In this document: positions 1 through 15,000 of the stretch, piece after piece
Position numbering within the stretch: position 1 is the first letter of the stretch
Layout of the letters: each line of letters starts with the position of its first letter
Assembly (NCBI GenBank): GCA_030390025.1
Contig: JASTWF010000359.1
Span: forward strand, 1-64,000
Source of the DNA: Squalus acanthias
Lineage: Eukaryota
Direction of reading: 5' to 3'
Length of the DNA stretch: 64,000 bases
Notes under the pieces: model-generated
Seen by the model: only the letters and a program-made list of their open reading frames with translations
Told to the model about the DNA's origin: nothing
The model's database searches: none
Translations under genes and position numbers: made by a program

Positions 1-3000
1 GACAGTGACAGGATGTGACAGTGACAGGATGTGACAGTGATAGGATGTGACAGTGACAGGATGTGACAGGATGAGACATTGACAGGATGTGACAGTGACA
101 GGATGTGACAGGATGAGACAGTGACAGAATGTGACAGTGACAGGATGAGACAGGATGAGACAGTGACAGGATTTGACAGCGACAGGATGTGACAGTGACA
201 GTATGTGACAGTGACAGAATGTGACAGTGACAGGATGTGACAGTGACAGGATGTGACAGTGACAGGATGTGACAGGATGAGACAGTGACAGGATGAGACA
301 GTGACAGGATGTGACAGGATGAGACAGTGACTGGATGTGACAGTTACAGGATGTGACAGTGACAGGATGTGACAGGATGTGACAGTGACAGGATGTGACA
401 GTGAAAGGATGTGACAGTGACAGGATGAGACAGTGACAGGATGTGACAGGATGAGACAGTGACAGGATGTGACAGTGACAGGATGAGACAGTGACAGGAT
501 GTGACAGTGACAGGATGTGACAGGATGTGACAGGATGAGACAGTGACAAGATTTGAAAGTGACAGGATGTGACAGTGACAGTATGTGACAGTGACAGGAT
601 GAGACAGTGACAGGATGTGACAGTGACAGGATGTGACAGGATGTGACAGTGACAGGATGTGACAGGATGAGACAGTGACAGGATGAGACAGTGACAGGAT
701 GTGACAGGATGAGACAGTGACAGGATGAGACAGTGACAGGATGAGACAGTGACAGGATGTGACAGGATGAGACAGTGACTGGATGTGACAGTGACAGGAT
801 GTGACAGTGACAAGATGTGACAGGATGTGACAGTGACAGGATGTGACAGTGACAGGATGTGACAGTGACAGGAAGAGACAGGATGAGACAGTGACTGGAT
901 GAGACAGTGACAGGATGTAACAGGATGAGACAGTGACAGGATGAGACAGTGACAGGATGTGACAGTGACAGTATGTGACAGTGACAGAATGTGACAGTGA
1001 CAGGATGTGACAGGATGTGACAGTGACAGGATGTGACAGTGACAAGATGTGACAGGATGAGACAGTGACAGGATGAGACAGTGACAGGATGTAACAGGAT
1101 GAGACAGTGACAGGATGAGACAGTGACAGGATGTGACAGTGACAGGATGAGACAGTGACAGAATGTGACAGTGACAGGATGAGACAGTGACAGGATGTGA
1201 CAGTGACAGAATGTGACAGTGACAGGATGAGACAGTGACAGGATGTGACAGTGACAGGATGAGACAGTGACTGTATGTCACAGTGACAGGATGTGACAGT
1301 GACAGGATGTGACAGCATGTGACAGTGACAGGATGAGACAGTGAGAGGATGTGACAGGATGAGACAGTGACAGGCTGAGACAGGATGAGACAGTGACAGG
1401 ATTTGACAGTGACAGGATGTGACAGTGACAGTATGTGACAGTGATAGAATATGACAGTGACAGGATGTGACAGGATGTGACAGTGACAGGATGTGACATT
1501 GACAGGATGTGACAGGATGAGACAGTGACAGGATGAGACAGTGATAGGATGTGACAGGATGAGACAGTGACAGGATGTGACAGGATGAGACAGTGACAGA
1601 ATGTGACAGTGACAGGATGAGACAGTGACAGGATGTGACAGTTACAGAATGTGAGAGTGACAGGATGAGACAGTGACAGGATGTGACAGTGACAGGATGA
1701 GACAGTGACTGGATGTGACAGTGACAGGATGTGACAGTGACAGGATGTGACAGGATGTGACAGTGACAGGATGAGACTATGACAGGAAGTGACAGTGACA
1801 AGATGTGACAGGATGAGTCTGTGACAGGATGAGACTGTGACAAGATGTGACAGGATGAGACTGTGACAGGAAGTGACAGTGACAGGATGAGACAGTGACA
1901 GGATGAGACAGTGACAGGATGTGACAGAGACAGGATGAGACAGTGACAGGATGAGACTGTGACAGTATGTGACAGTGACAGGATGAGACAGTGACAGGAT
2001 GTGACAGTGACAGGAAGAGACTGTGACAGGAAGAGACAGTGACAGGATGTAACAGTGACTGGATGTGACAGTGACAGGATGAGACAGTGACAGGAAGAGA
2101 CAGAGACAGGATGAGACATGGACAGGATGAGACTGTGACAGTATGTGACAGTGACAGGATGAGACAGTGACAGGATGTGACAGTGACAGGATGTGACAGT
2201 GACAGTATGTGACAGTGACAGGATGTGACAGGATGAGAGATTGACAGGATGTGACAGTGACAGGATGTGACAGGATGAGACAGTGACAGAATGTGACAGT
2301 GACAGGATGAGACAGGATGAGACAGTGACAGGATTTGACAGTGACAGGATGTGACAGTATGTGACAGTGACAGAATGTGACAGTGACAGGATGTGACAGT
2401 GACAGGATGTGACAGTGACAGGATGTGACAGGATGAGACAGTGACAGGATGAGACAGTGACAGGATGTGACAGGATGAGACAGTGACAGGATGTGACAGT
2501 GTCAGGATGTGACAGGCGGAGACATTGACTGGATGTGACAGTGACAGGATGTGACAGTGACAGGATGTGACAGGATGTGACAGTGACAGGATTTGACAGT
2601 GAAAGGATGTGACAGTGACAGGATGAGACAGTGACAGGATGTGACAGGATGAGACAGTGACAGGATGTGACAGTGACAGGATGAGACAGTGACAGGATGA
2701 CAGTGACAGGATGAAACAGTGACAGGATGTGACAGTGACAGAATGTGACAGTGACAGGATGTGACAGGATGTGACAGTGACAGGATGTGACAGTGACAGG
2801 ATGTGACAGGATGAGACAGTGACAGGATGAGACAGTGACAGGATGTGACAGGATGAGACAGTGACAGAATGTGACAGTGACAGGATGAGACAGGATGAGA
2901 CAGTGACAGGATTTGACAGTGACAGGATGTGACAGTGACAGTATGTGACAGTGACAGAATGTGACAGTGACAGGATGTGACAGTGACAGGATGTGACAGT

Positions 3001-6000
3001 GACAGGATGTGACAGGATGAGACAGTGACAGGATGAGACAGTGACAGGATGTGACAGGATGAGACAGTGACAGGATGTGACAGTGACAGGATGTGACAGG
3101 ATGAGACAGTGACAGGAAGAGACAGTGACAGGATGTAACAGTGACTGGATGTGACAGTGACAGGATGAGACAGTGACAGGATGTGACAGAGACAGGATGA
3201 GACAGTGACAGGATGAGACTGTGACAGTATGTGACAGTGACAGGATGAGACAGTGACAGGATGTGACAGTGACAGGATGTGACAGTGATAGGATGAGACA
3301 GTGACAGGATGTGACAGGATGAGACATTGACAGGATGTGACAGTGACAGGATGTGACAGGATGAGACAGTGACAGAATGTGACAGTGACAGGATGAGACA
3401 GGATGAGACAGTGACAGGATTTGACAGTGACAGGATGTGACAGTGACAGTATGTGACAGTGACAGAATGTGACAGTGACAGGATGTGACAGGATGTGACA
3501 GTGACAGGATGTGACAGTGACAGGATGTGACAGGATGAGACAGTGACAGGATGAGACAGTGACAGGATGTGACAGGATGAGACAGTGACAGGATGTGACA
3601 GTGTCAGGATGTGACAGGATGAGACAGTGACTGGATGTGACAGTGACAGGATGTGACAGTGACAGGATGTGACAGGATGTGACAGTGAAAGGATGTGACA
3701 GTGACAGGATGAGACAGTGACAGGATGTGACGGGATGAGACAGTGACAGGATGTGACAGTGACAGGATGAGACAGTGACAGGATGACAGTGACAGGATGA
3801 AAAAGTGACAGGATGTGACAGTGACAGAATGTGACAGTGACAGGATGAGACAGTGACAGGATGTGACAGTGACCCGATTTGACAGGATGAGGCAGTGACA
3901 GGATGTGACAGTGACAGGATGAGACAGTGACAGGACGTGACAGGATGAGACAGTGACAGGATGTGACAGTGAAAGGATGAGACAGTGACAGAATGTGACA
4001 GTGACAGGATGAGACAGTGACAGGATGTGACAGTGACAGAATGTGACAGTGACAGGATGAGACAGTGACAGGAAGTGACAGTGACAGGATGAGACCGTGA
4101 CTGGATGTGACAGTGACAGGATGTGACAGTGACAGGATGTGACAGGATGTGACAGTGACAGGATGAGACTATGACAGGATGTGACAGTGACAAGATGTGA
4201 CAGGATGTGACAGTGACAGGATGAGACAGGATGAGACAGTGACATATTGTGACAGTGACAGGATGTGAAAGTGACAGAATGTTACACTGACAGGATGTGA
4301 CGGGATGAGACAGTGACAGGATGTGATAGTGACAGGATGAGGCAGGATGAGACAGTGATATATTGTGACAGAGACAGGATGTGACAGTGACATGATGTGA
4401 CAGTGACAGGATGTGACATAATGAGACAGTGACAGGATGTGACAGTGACAGGATGAGACAGGATGGGACAGTGACAGGATGAGACAGTAACAGGATGTGA
4501 CAGTGACAGGATGTGACAGTGACAGGATGCGACTGGATGAGACAGTGACAGGATGAGACAGTGACACGATGAGACAGTGACAGGATGAGAAAGTGACAGG
4601 ATGTGACAGTGACAGGATGTGACAGTGACAGGATGAGACAGTGACAGGATGTGACAGTGACAGGATGTGACAGGATGAGACAGTGACAGGATGTGACAGT
4701 GACAGGATGAGACAGGATGAGACAGTGACAAGATTTGACAGTGACAGGATGTGACAGTGACAGTATGTGACAGTGACAGGATGAGACGGTGACAGGATGT
4801 GACAGTGACAGGATGTGACAGGATGTGACAGTTACAGGATGTGACAGGATGAGACAGTGACAGGATGAGACAGTGACAGGATGTGACAGGATGAGACAGT
4901 GACAGGATGAGACAGTGACAGGATGAGACAGTGACAGGATGTGACAGGATGAGACAGTTACAGGATGTGACAGTGACAGGATGTGACAGGATGAGACAGT
5001 GACTGGATGTGACAGTGACAGGATGTGACAGTGACAAGATGTGACAGGATGTGACTGTGACAGGATGAGACAGTGACAGGATGTGACAGTGACAGGAAGA
5101 GACAGGATGAGACAGTGACTGGATGAGACAGTGACAGGATGTAACAGGATGAGACAGTGACAGGATGAGACAGTGACAGGATGTGACAGTGACAGGATGT
5201 GACAGTGACAAGATGTGACAGGATGAGACAGTGACAGGATGAGACAGTGACAGGATGTAACAGGATGAGACAGTGACAGGATGAGACAGTGACAGGATGT
5301 GACAGTGACAGGATGAGACAGTGACAGAATGTGACAGTGACAGGATGAGACAGTGACAGGATGTGACAGTGACAGGATGAGACAGTGACAGGATGTGACA
5401 GTGACAGAATGTGACAGTGACAGGATGAGACAGTGACAGGAAGTGACAGTGACAGGATGAGACAGTGACTGGATGTGACAGTGACAGGATGTGACAGTGA
5501 CAGGATGTGACAGGATGTGACGTTGACAGGATGAGACTATGACAGGATGTGACAGTGACAAGATGTGACAGGATGTGACAGTGACAGGATGAGACAGGAT
5601 GAGACAGTGACATATTGTGACAGTGACAGGATGTGACAGTGACAGGATGTGACAGTGACAGGATGTGATAGTGACAGGATGAGGCAGGATGAGACCGTGA
5701 TATATTGTGACAGAGACAGGATGTGACAGTGACAGGATGTGACAGTGACAGGATGTGACATAATGAGACAGTGACAGGATGTGACAGTGACAGGATGAGA
5801 CAGGATGGGACAGTGACAGGATGAGACAGTAACAGGATGTGACAGTGACAGGATGTGACAGTGACAGGATGCGACTGGATGAGACAGTGACAGGATGAGA
5901 CAGTGACACGATGAGACAGTGACAGGATGAGAAAGTGACAGGATGTGACAGTGACAGGATGTGACAGTGACAGGATGAGACAGTGACAGGATGTGACAGT

Positions 6001-9000
6001 GACAGGATGTGACAGGATGAGACAGTGACAGGATGTGACAGTGACAGGATGTGACAGGATGAGACAGTGACAGGATGAGACAGTGACAGGATGTGACAGT
6101 GACAGGATGAGACAGTGACAGAATGTGACAGTGACAGGATGAGACAGTGACAGGATGTGACAGTGACAGAATGTGACAGTGACAGGATGAGACAGTGACA
6201 GGATGTGACAGTGACAGGATGAGACAGTGACTGTATGTGACAGTGACAGGATGTGACAGTGACAGGATGTGACAGCATGTGACAGTGACAGGATGAGACA
6301 GTGAGAGGATGTGACAGGATGAGACAGTGATAGGCTGAGACAGGATGAGACAGTGACAGGATTTGACAGTGACAGGATGTGACAGTGACAGTATGTGACA
6401 GTGACAGAATATGACAGTGACAGGATGTGACAGGATGTGACAGTGACAGGATTTGACATTGACAGGATGTGACAGGATGAGACAGTGACAGGATGAGACA
6501 GTGATAGGATGTGACAGGATGAGACAGTGACAGGATGTGACAGTGACAGGATGAGACAGTGACAGAATGTGACAGTGACAGGATGAAACAGTGACAGGAT
6601 GTGACAGTTACAGAATGTGAGAGTGACAGGATGAGACAGTGACAGGATGTGACAGTGACAGGATGAGATAGTGACTGGATGTGACAGTGACAGGATGTGA
6701 CAGTGACAGGATGTGACAGGATGTGACAGTGACAGGATGAGACTATGACAGGAAGTGACAGTGACAAGATGTGACAGGATGAGTCTGTGACAGGATGAGA
6801 CTGTAACAAGATGTGACAGGATGAGACTGTGACAGGAAGTGACAGTGACAGGATGAGACAGTGACAGGATGAGACAGTGACAGGATGTGACAGAGACAGG
6901 ATGAGACAGTGACAGGATGAGACTGTGACAGTATGTGACAGTGACAGGATGAGACAGTGACAGGATGTGACAGTGACAGGAAGAGACTGTGACAGGAAGA
7001 GACAGTGACAGGATGTAACAGTGACTGGATGTGACAGTGACAGGATGAGACAGTGACAGGATATGACAGAGACAGGATGAGACAGTGACAGGATGAGACG
7101 GTGACAGTATGTGACAGTGACAGGATGAGACAGTGACAGGATGTGACAGTGACAGGATGTGACAGTGATAGGATGTGACAGTGACAGGATGTGACAGGAT
7201 GAGACATTGACAGGATGTGACAGTGACAGGATGTGACAGGATGAGACAGTGACAGAATGTGACAGTGACAGGATGAGACAGGATGAGACAGTGACAGGAT
7301 TTGACAGCGACAGGATGTGACAGTGACAGTATGTGACAGTGACAGAATGTGACAGTGACAGGATGTGACAGTGACAGGATGTGACAGTGACAGGATGTGA
7401 CAGGATGAGACAGTGACAGGATGAGACAGTGACAGGATGTGACAGGATGAGACAGTGACAGGATGTGACAGTGTCAGGATGTGACAGGATGAGACAGTGA
7501 CTGGATGTGACAGTTACAGGATGTGACAGTGACAGGATGTGACAGGATGTGACAGTGACAGGATGTGACAGTGAAAGGATGTGACAGTGACAGGATGAGA
7601 CAGTGACAGGATGTGACAGGATGAGACAGTGACAGGATGTGACAGTGACAGGATGAGACAGTGACAGGATGTGACAGTGACAGGATGTGACAGGATGTGA
7701 CAGGATGAGACAGTGACAAGATTTGAAAGTGACAGGATGTGACAGTGACAGTATGTGACAGTGACAGGATGAGACAGTGACAGGATGTGACAGTGACAGG
7801 ATGTGACAGGATGTGACAGTGACAGGATGTGACAGGATGAGACAGTGACAGGATGAGACAGTGACAGGATGTGACAGGATGAGACAGTGACAGGATGAGA
7901 CAGTGACAGGATGAGACAGTGACAGGATGTGACAGGATGAGACAGTGACTGGATGTGACAGTGACAGGATGTGACAGTGACAAGATGTGACAGGATGTGA
8001 CAGTGACAGGATGTGACAGTGACAGGATGTGACAGTGACAGGAAGAGACAGGATGAGACAGTGACTGGATGAGACAGTGACAGGTTGTAACAGGATGAGA
8101 CAGTGACAGGATGAGACAGTGACAGGATGTGACAGTGACAGTATGTGACAGTGACAGAATGTGACAGTGACAGGATGTGACAGGATGTGACAGTGACAGG
8201 ATGTGACAGTGACAAGATGTGACAGGATGAGACAGTGACAGGATGAGACAGTGACAGGATGTAACAGGATGAGACAGTGACAGGATGAGACAGTGACAGG
8301 ATGTGACAGTGACAGGATGAGACAGTGACAGAATGTGACAGTGACAGGATGAGACAGTGACAGGATGTGACAGTGACAGAATGTGACAGTGACAGGATGA
8401 GACAGTGACAGGATGTGACAGTGACAGGATGAGACAGTGACTGTATGTGACAGTGACAGGATGTGACAGTGACAGGATGTGACAGCATGTGACAGTGACA
8501 GGATGAGACAGTGAGAGGATGTGACAGGATGGGACAGTGATAGGCTGAGACAGGATGAGACAGTGACAGGATTTGACAGTGACAGGATGTGACAGTGACA
8601 GTATGTGACAGTGACAGAATATGACAGTGGCAGGATGTGACAGGATGTGACAGTGACAGGATGTGACATTGACAGGATGTGACAGGATGAGACAGTGACA
8701 GGATGAGACAGTGATAGGATGTGACAGGATGAGACAGTGACAGGATGTGACAGGATGAGACAGTGACAGAATGTGACAGTGACAGGATGAGACAGTGACA
8801 GGATGTGACAGTTACAGAATGTGAGAGTGACAGGATGAGACAGTGACAGGATGTGACAGTGACAGGATGAGACAGTGACTGGAAGTGACAGTGACAGGAT
8901 GTGACAGTGACAGGATGTGACAGGATGTGACAGTGACAGGATGAGACTATGACAGGAAGTGACAGTGACAAGATGTGACAGGATGAGTCTGTGACAGGAT

Positions 9001-12000
9001 GAGACTGTGACAAGATGTGACAGGATGAGACTGTGACAGGAAGTGACAGTGACAGGATGAGACAGTGACAGGATGAGACAGTGACAGGATGTGACAGAGA
9101 CAGGATGAGACAGTGACAGGATGAGACTGTGACAGTATGTGACAGTGACAGGATGAGACAGTGACAGGATGTGACAGTGACAGGAAGAGACTGTGACAGG
9201 AAGAGACAGTGACAGGATGTAACAGTGACTGGATGTGACAGTGACAGGATGAGACAGTGACAGGAAGAGACAGAGACAGGATGAGACAGTGACAGGATGA
9301 GACTGTGACAGTATGTGACAGTGACAGGATGAGACAGTGACAGGATGTGACAGTGACAGGATGTGACAGTGACAGTATGTGACAGTGACAGGATGTGACA
9401 GGATGAGAGATTGACAGGATGTGACAGTGACAGGATGTGACAGGATGAGACAGTGACAGAATGTGACAGTGACAGGATGAGACAGGATGAGACAGTGACA
9501 GGATTTGACAGTGACAGGATGTGACAGTGACAGTATGTGACAGTGACAGAATGTGACAGTGACAGGATGTGACAGTGACAGGATGTGACAGTGACAGGAT
9601 GTGACAGGATGAGACAGTGACAGGATGAGACAGTGACAGGATGTGACAGGATGAGACAGTGACAGGATGTGACAGTGTCAGGATGTGACAGGATGAGACA
9701 TTGACTGGATGTGACAGTGACAGGATGTGACAGTGACAGGATGTGACAGGATGTGACAGTGACAGGATTTGACAGTGAAAGGATGTGACAGTGACAGGAT
9801 GAGACAGTGACAGGATGTGACAGGATGAGACAGTGACAGGATGTGACAGTGACAGGATGAGACAGTGACAGGATGACAGTGACAGGATGAAACAGTGACA
9901 GGATGTGACAGTGACAGAATGTGACAGTGACAGGATGTGACAGGATGTGACAGTGACAGGATGTGACAGTGACAGGATGTGACAGGATGAGACAGTGACA
10001 GGATGAGACAGTGACAGGATGTGACAGGATGAGACAGTGACAGAATGTGACAGTGACAGGATGAGACAGGATGAGACAGTGACAGGATTTGACAGTGACA
10101 GGATGTGACAGTGACAGTATGTGACAGTGACAGAATGTGACAGTGACAGGATGTGACAGTGACAGGATGTGACAGTGACAGGATGTGACAGGATGAGACA
10201 GTGACAGGATGAGACAGTGACAGGATGTGACAGGATGAGACAGTGAAAGGATGTGACAGTGTCAGGATGTGACAGGATGAGACAGTGACTGGATGTGACA
10301 GTGACAGGATGTGACAGTGACAGGATGTGACAGGATGTGACAGTGACAGGATGTGACAGTGAAAGGATGTGACAGTGACAGGATGAGACAGTGACAGGAT
10401 GTGACAGGATGAGACAGTGACAGGATGTGACAGTGACAGGATGAGACAGTGACAGGATGACAGTGACAGGATGAAACAGTGACAGGATGTGACAGTGACA
10501 GAATGTGACAGTGACAGGATGTGACAGGATGTGACAGTGACAGGATGTGACAGTGACAGGATGTGACAGGATGAGACAGTGACAGGATGAGACAGTGACA
10601 GGATGTGACAGGATGAGACAGTGACAGGATGTGACAGTGTCAGGATGTGACAGGATGAGACTGTGACAGTATGTGACAGTGACAGGATGAGACAGTGACA
10701 GGATGTGACAGTGACAGGATGTGACAGTGATAGGATGTGACAGTGACAGGATGTGACAGGATGAGACATTGACAGGATGTGACAGTGACAGGATGTGACA
10801 GCATGAGACAGTGACAGAATGTGACAGTGACAGGATGAGACAGGATGAGACAGTGACAGGATTTGACAGTGACAGGATGTGACAGTGACAGTATGTGACA
10901 GTGACAGAATGTGACAGTGACAGGATGTGACAGGATGTGACAGTGACAGGATGTGACAGTGACAGGATGTGACAGGATGAGACAGTGACAGGATGAGACA
11001 GTGACAGGATGTGACAGGATGAGACAGTGACAGGATGTGACAGTGTCAGGATGTGACAGGATGAGACAGTGACTGGATGTGACAGTGACAGGATGTGACA
11101 GTGACAGGATGTGACAGGATGTGACAGTGACAGGATGTGACAGTGAAAGGATGTGACAGTGACAGGATGAGACAGTGACAGGATGTGACAGGATGAGACA
11201 GTGACAGGATGACAGTGACAGGATGAAACAGTGACAGGATGTGACAGTGACAGAATGTGACAGTGACAGGATGAGACAGTGACAGGATGTGACAGTGACC
11301 CGATTTGACAGGATGAGGCAGTGACAGGATGTGACAGGATGAGACAGTGACAGGATGTGACAGTGACAGGATGAGACAGTGACAGAATGTGACAGTGACA
11401 GGATGAGACAGTGACAGGATGTGACAGTGACAGGAAGTGACAGTGACAGGATGAGACAGTGACTGGATGTGACAGTGACAGGATGTGACAGTGACAGGAT
11501 GTGACAGGATGTGACAGTGACAGGATGAGACTATGACAGGATGTGACAGTGACAAGATGTGACAGGATGTGACAGTGACAGGATGAGACAGGATGAGACA
11601 GTGACATATTGTGACAGTGACAGGATGTGAAAGTGACAGAATGTTACACTGACAGGATGTGACGGGATGAGACAGTGACAGGATGTGATAGTGACAGGAT
11701 GAGGCAGGATGAGACAGTGATATATTGTGACAGAGACAGGATGTGACAGTGACAGGATGTGACAGTGACAGGATGTGACATAATGAGACAGTGACAGGAT
11801 GTGACAGTGACAGGATGAGACAGGATGGGACAGTGACAGGATGAGACAGTAACAGGATGTGACAGTGACAGGATGTGACAGTGACAGGATGCGACTGGAT
11901 GAGACAGTGACAGGATGAGACAGTGACACGATGAGACAGTGACAGGATGAGAAAGTGACAGGATGTGACAGTGACAGGATGTGACAGTGACAGGATGAGA

Positions 12001-15000
12001 CAGTGACAGGATGTGACAGTGACAGGATGTGACAGGATGAGACAGTGACAGGATGTGACAGTGACAGGATGTGACAGTGACAGTATGTGACAGTGACAGG
12101 ATGAGACAGTGACAGGATGTGACAGTGACAGGATGTGACAGGATGTGACAGTGACAGGATGTGACAGGATGAGACAGTGACAGGATGAGACAGTGACAGG
12201 ATGAGACAGTGACAGGATGAGACAGTGACAGGATGTGACAGGATGAGACAGTGACAGGATGTGACAGTGACAGGATGTGACAGGATGAGACAGTGACTGG
12301 ATGTGACAGTGACAGGATGTGACAGTGACAAGATGTGACAGGATGTGACAGTGACAGGATGTGACAGTGACAGGATGTGACAGTGACAGGATGAGACAGT
12401 GACAGGATGTGACAGTGACAGGATGAGACAGTGACAGGATGTGACAGTTACAGAATGTGAGAGTGACAGGATGAGACAGTGACAGGATGTGACAGTGACA
12501 GGATGAGACAGTGACTGGATGTGACAGTGACAGGATGTGACAGTGACAGGATGTAACAGGATGTGACAGTGACAGGATGAGACTATGACAGGAAGTGACA
12601 GTGACAAGATGTGACAGGATGAGTCTGTGACAGGATGAGACTGTGACAAGATGTGACAGGATGAGACTGTGACAGGAAGTGACAGTGACAGGATGAGACA
12701 GTGACAGGATGAGACAGTGACAGGATGTGACAGAGACAGGATGAGACAGTGACAGGATGAGACAGTGACAGGATGTGACAGAGACAGGATGAGACAGTGA
12801 CAGGATGAGACAGTGACAGGAAGAGACAGTGACAGGATGTAACAGTGACTGGATGTGACAGTGACAGGATGAGACAGTGACAGGATGTGACAGAGACAGG
12901 ATGAGACAGTGACAGGATGAGACTGTGACAGTATGTGACAGTGACAGGATGAGACAGTGACAGGATGTGACAGTGACAGGATGTGACAGTGATAGGATGT
13001 GACAGTGACAGGATGTGACAGGATGAGACATTGACAGGATGTGACAGTGACAGGATGTGACAGGATGAGACAGTGACAGAATGTGACAGTGACAGGATGA
13101 GACAGGATGAGACAGTGACAGGATTTCACAGTGACAGGATGTGACAGGATGAGACAGTGACATATTGTGACAGTGACAGGATGTGACAGTGACAGGATGA
13201 GACAGGATGAGACAGTGACATATTGTGACAGTGACAGGATGTGAAAGTGACAGAATGTTACACTGACAGGATGTGACGGGATGAGACAGTGACAGGATGT
13301 GATAGTGACAGGATGAGGCAGGATGAGACAGTGATATATTGTGACAGAGACAGGATGTGACAGTGACAGGATGTGACAGTGACAGGATGTGACATAATGA
13401 GACAGTGACAGGATGTGACAGTGACAGGATGAGACAGGATGGGACAGTGACAGGATGAGACAGTAACAGGATGTGACAGTGACAGGATGTGACAGTGACA
13501 GGATGCGACTGGATGAGACAGTGACAGGATGAGACAGTGACACGATGAGACAGTGACAGGATGAGAAAGTGACAGGATGTGACAGTGACAGGATGTGACA
13601 GTGACAGGATGAGACAGTGACAGGATGTGACAGTGACAGGATGTGACAGGATGAGACAGTGACAGGATGTGACAGTGACAGGATGAGACAGGATGAGACA
13701 GTGACAAGATTTGACAGTGACAGGATGTGACAGTGACAGTATGTGACAGTGACAGGATGAGACAGTGACAGGATGTGACAGTGACAGGATGTGACAGGAT
13801 GTGACAGTGACAGGATGTGACAGGATGAGACAGTGACAGGATGAGACAGTGACAGGATGTGACAGGATGAGACAGTGACAGGATGAGACAGTGACAGGAT
13901 GAGACAGTGACAGGATGTGACAGGATGAGACAGTGACAGGATGTGACAGTGACAGGATGTGACAGGATGAGACAGTGACTGGATGTGACAGTGACAGGAT
14001 GTGACAGTGACAAGATGTGACAGGATGTGACAGTGACAGGATGTGACAGTGACAGGATGTGACAGTGACAGGATGAGACAGTGACAGAATGTGACAGTGA
14101 CAGGATGAGACAGTGACAGGATGTGACAGTGACAGGATGAGACAGGATGAGACAGTGACAAGATTTGACAGTGACAGGATGTGACAGTGACAGTATGTGA
14201 CAGTGACAGGATGAGACAGTGACAGGATGTGACAGTGACAGGATGTGACAGGATGTGACAGTGACAGGATGTGACAGGATGAGACAGTGACAGGATGAGA
14301 CAGTGACAGGATGAGACAGTGACAGGATGAGACAGTGACAGGATGTGACAGGATGAGACAGTGACAGGATGTGACAGTGACAGGATGTGACAGGATGAGA
14401 CAGTGACTGGATGTGACAGTGACAGGATGTGACAGTGACAAGATGTGACAGGATGTGACAGTGACAGGATGTGACAGTGACAGGATGTGACAGTGACAGG
14501 ATGAGACAGTGACAGGATGTGACAGTGACAGGATGAGACAGTGACAGGATGTGACAGTTACAGAATGTGAGAGTGACAGGATGAGACAGTGACAGGATGT
14601 GACAGTGACAGGATGAGACAGTGACTGGATGTGACAGTGACAGGATGTGACAGTGACAGGATGTAACAGGATGTGACAGTGACAGGATGAGACTATGACA
14701 GGAAGTGACAGTGACAAGATGTGACAGGATGAGTCTCTGACAGGATGAGACTGTGACAAGATGTGACAGGATGAGACTGTGACAGGAAGTGACAGTGACA
14801 GGATGAGACAGTGACAGGATGAGACAGTGACAGGATGTGACAGAGACAGGATGAGACAGTGACAGGATGAGACAGTGACAGGATGTGACAGAGACAGGAT
14901 GAGACAGTGACAGGATGAGACAGTGACAGGAAGAGACAGTGACAGGATGTAACAGTGACTGGATGTGACAGTGACAGGATGAGACAGTGACAGGATGTGA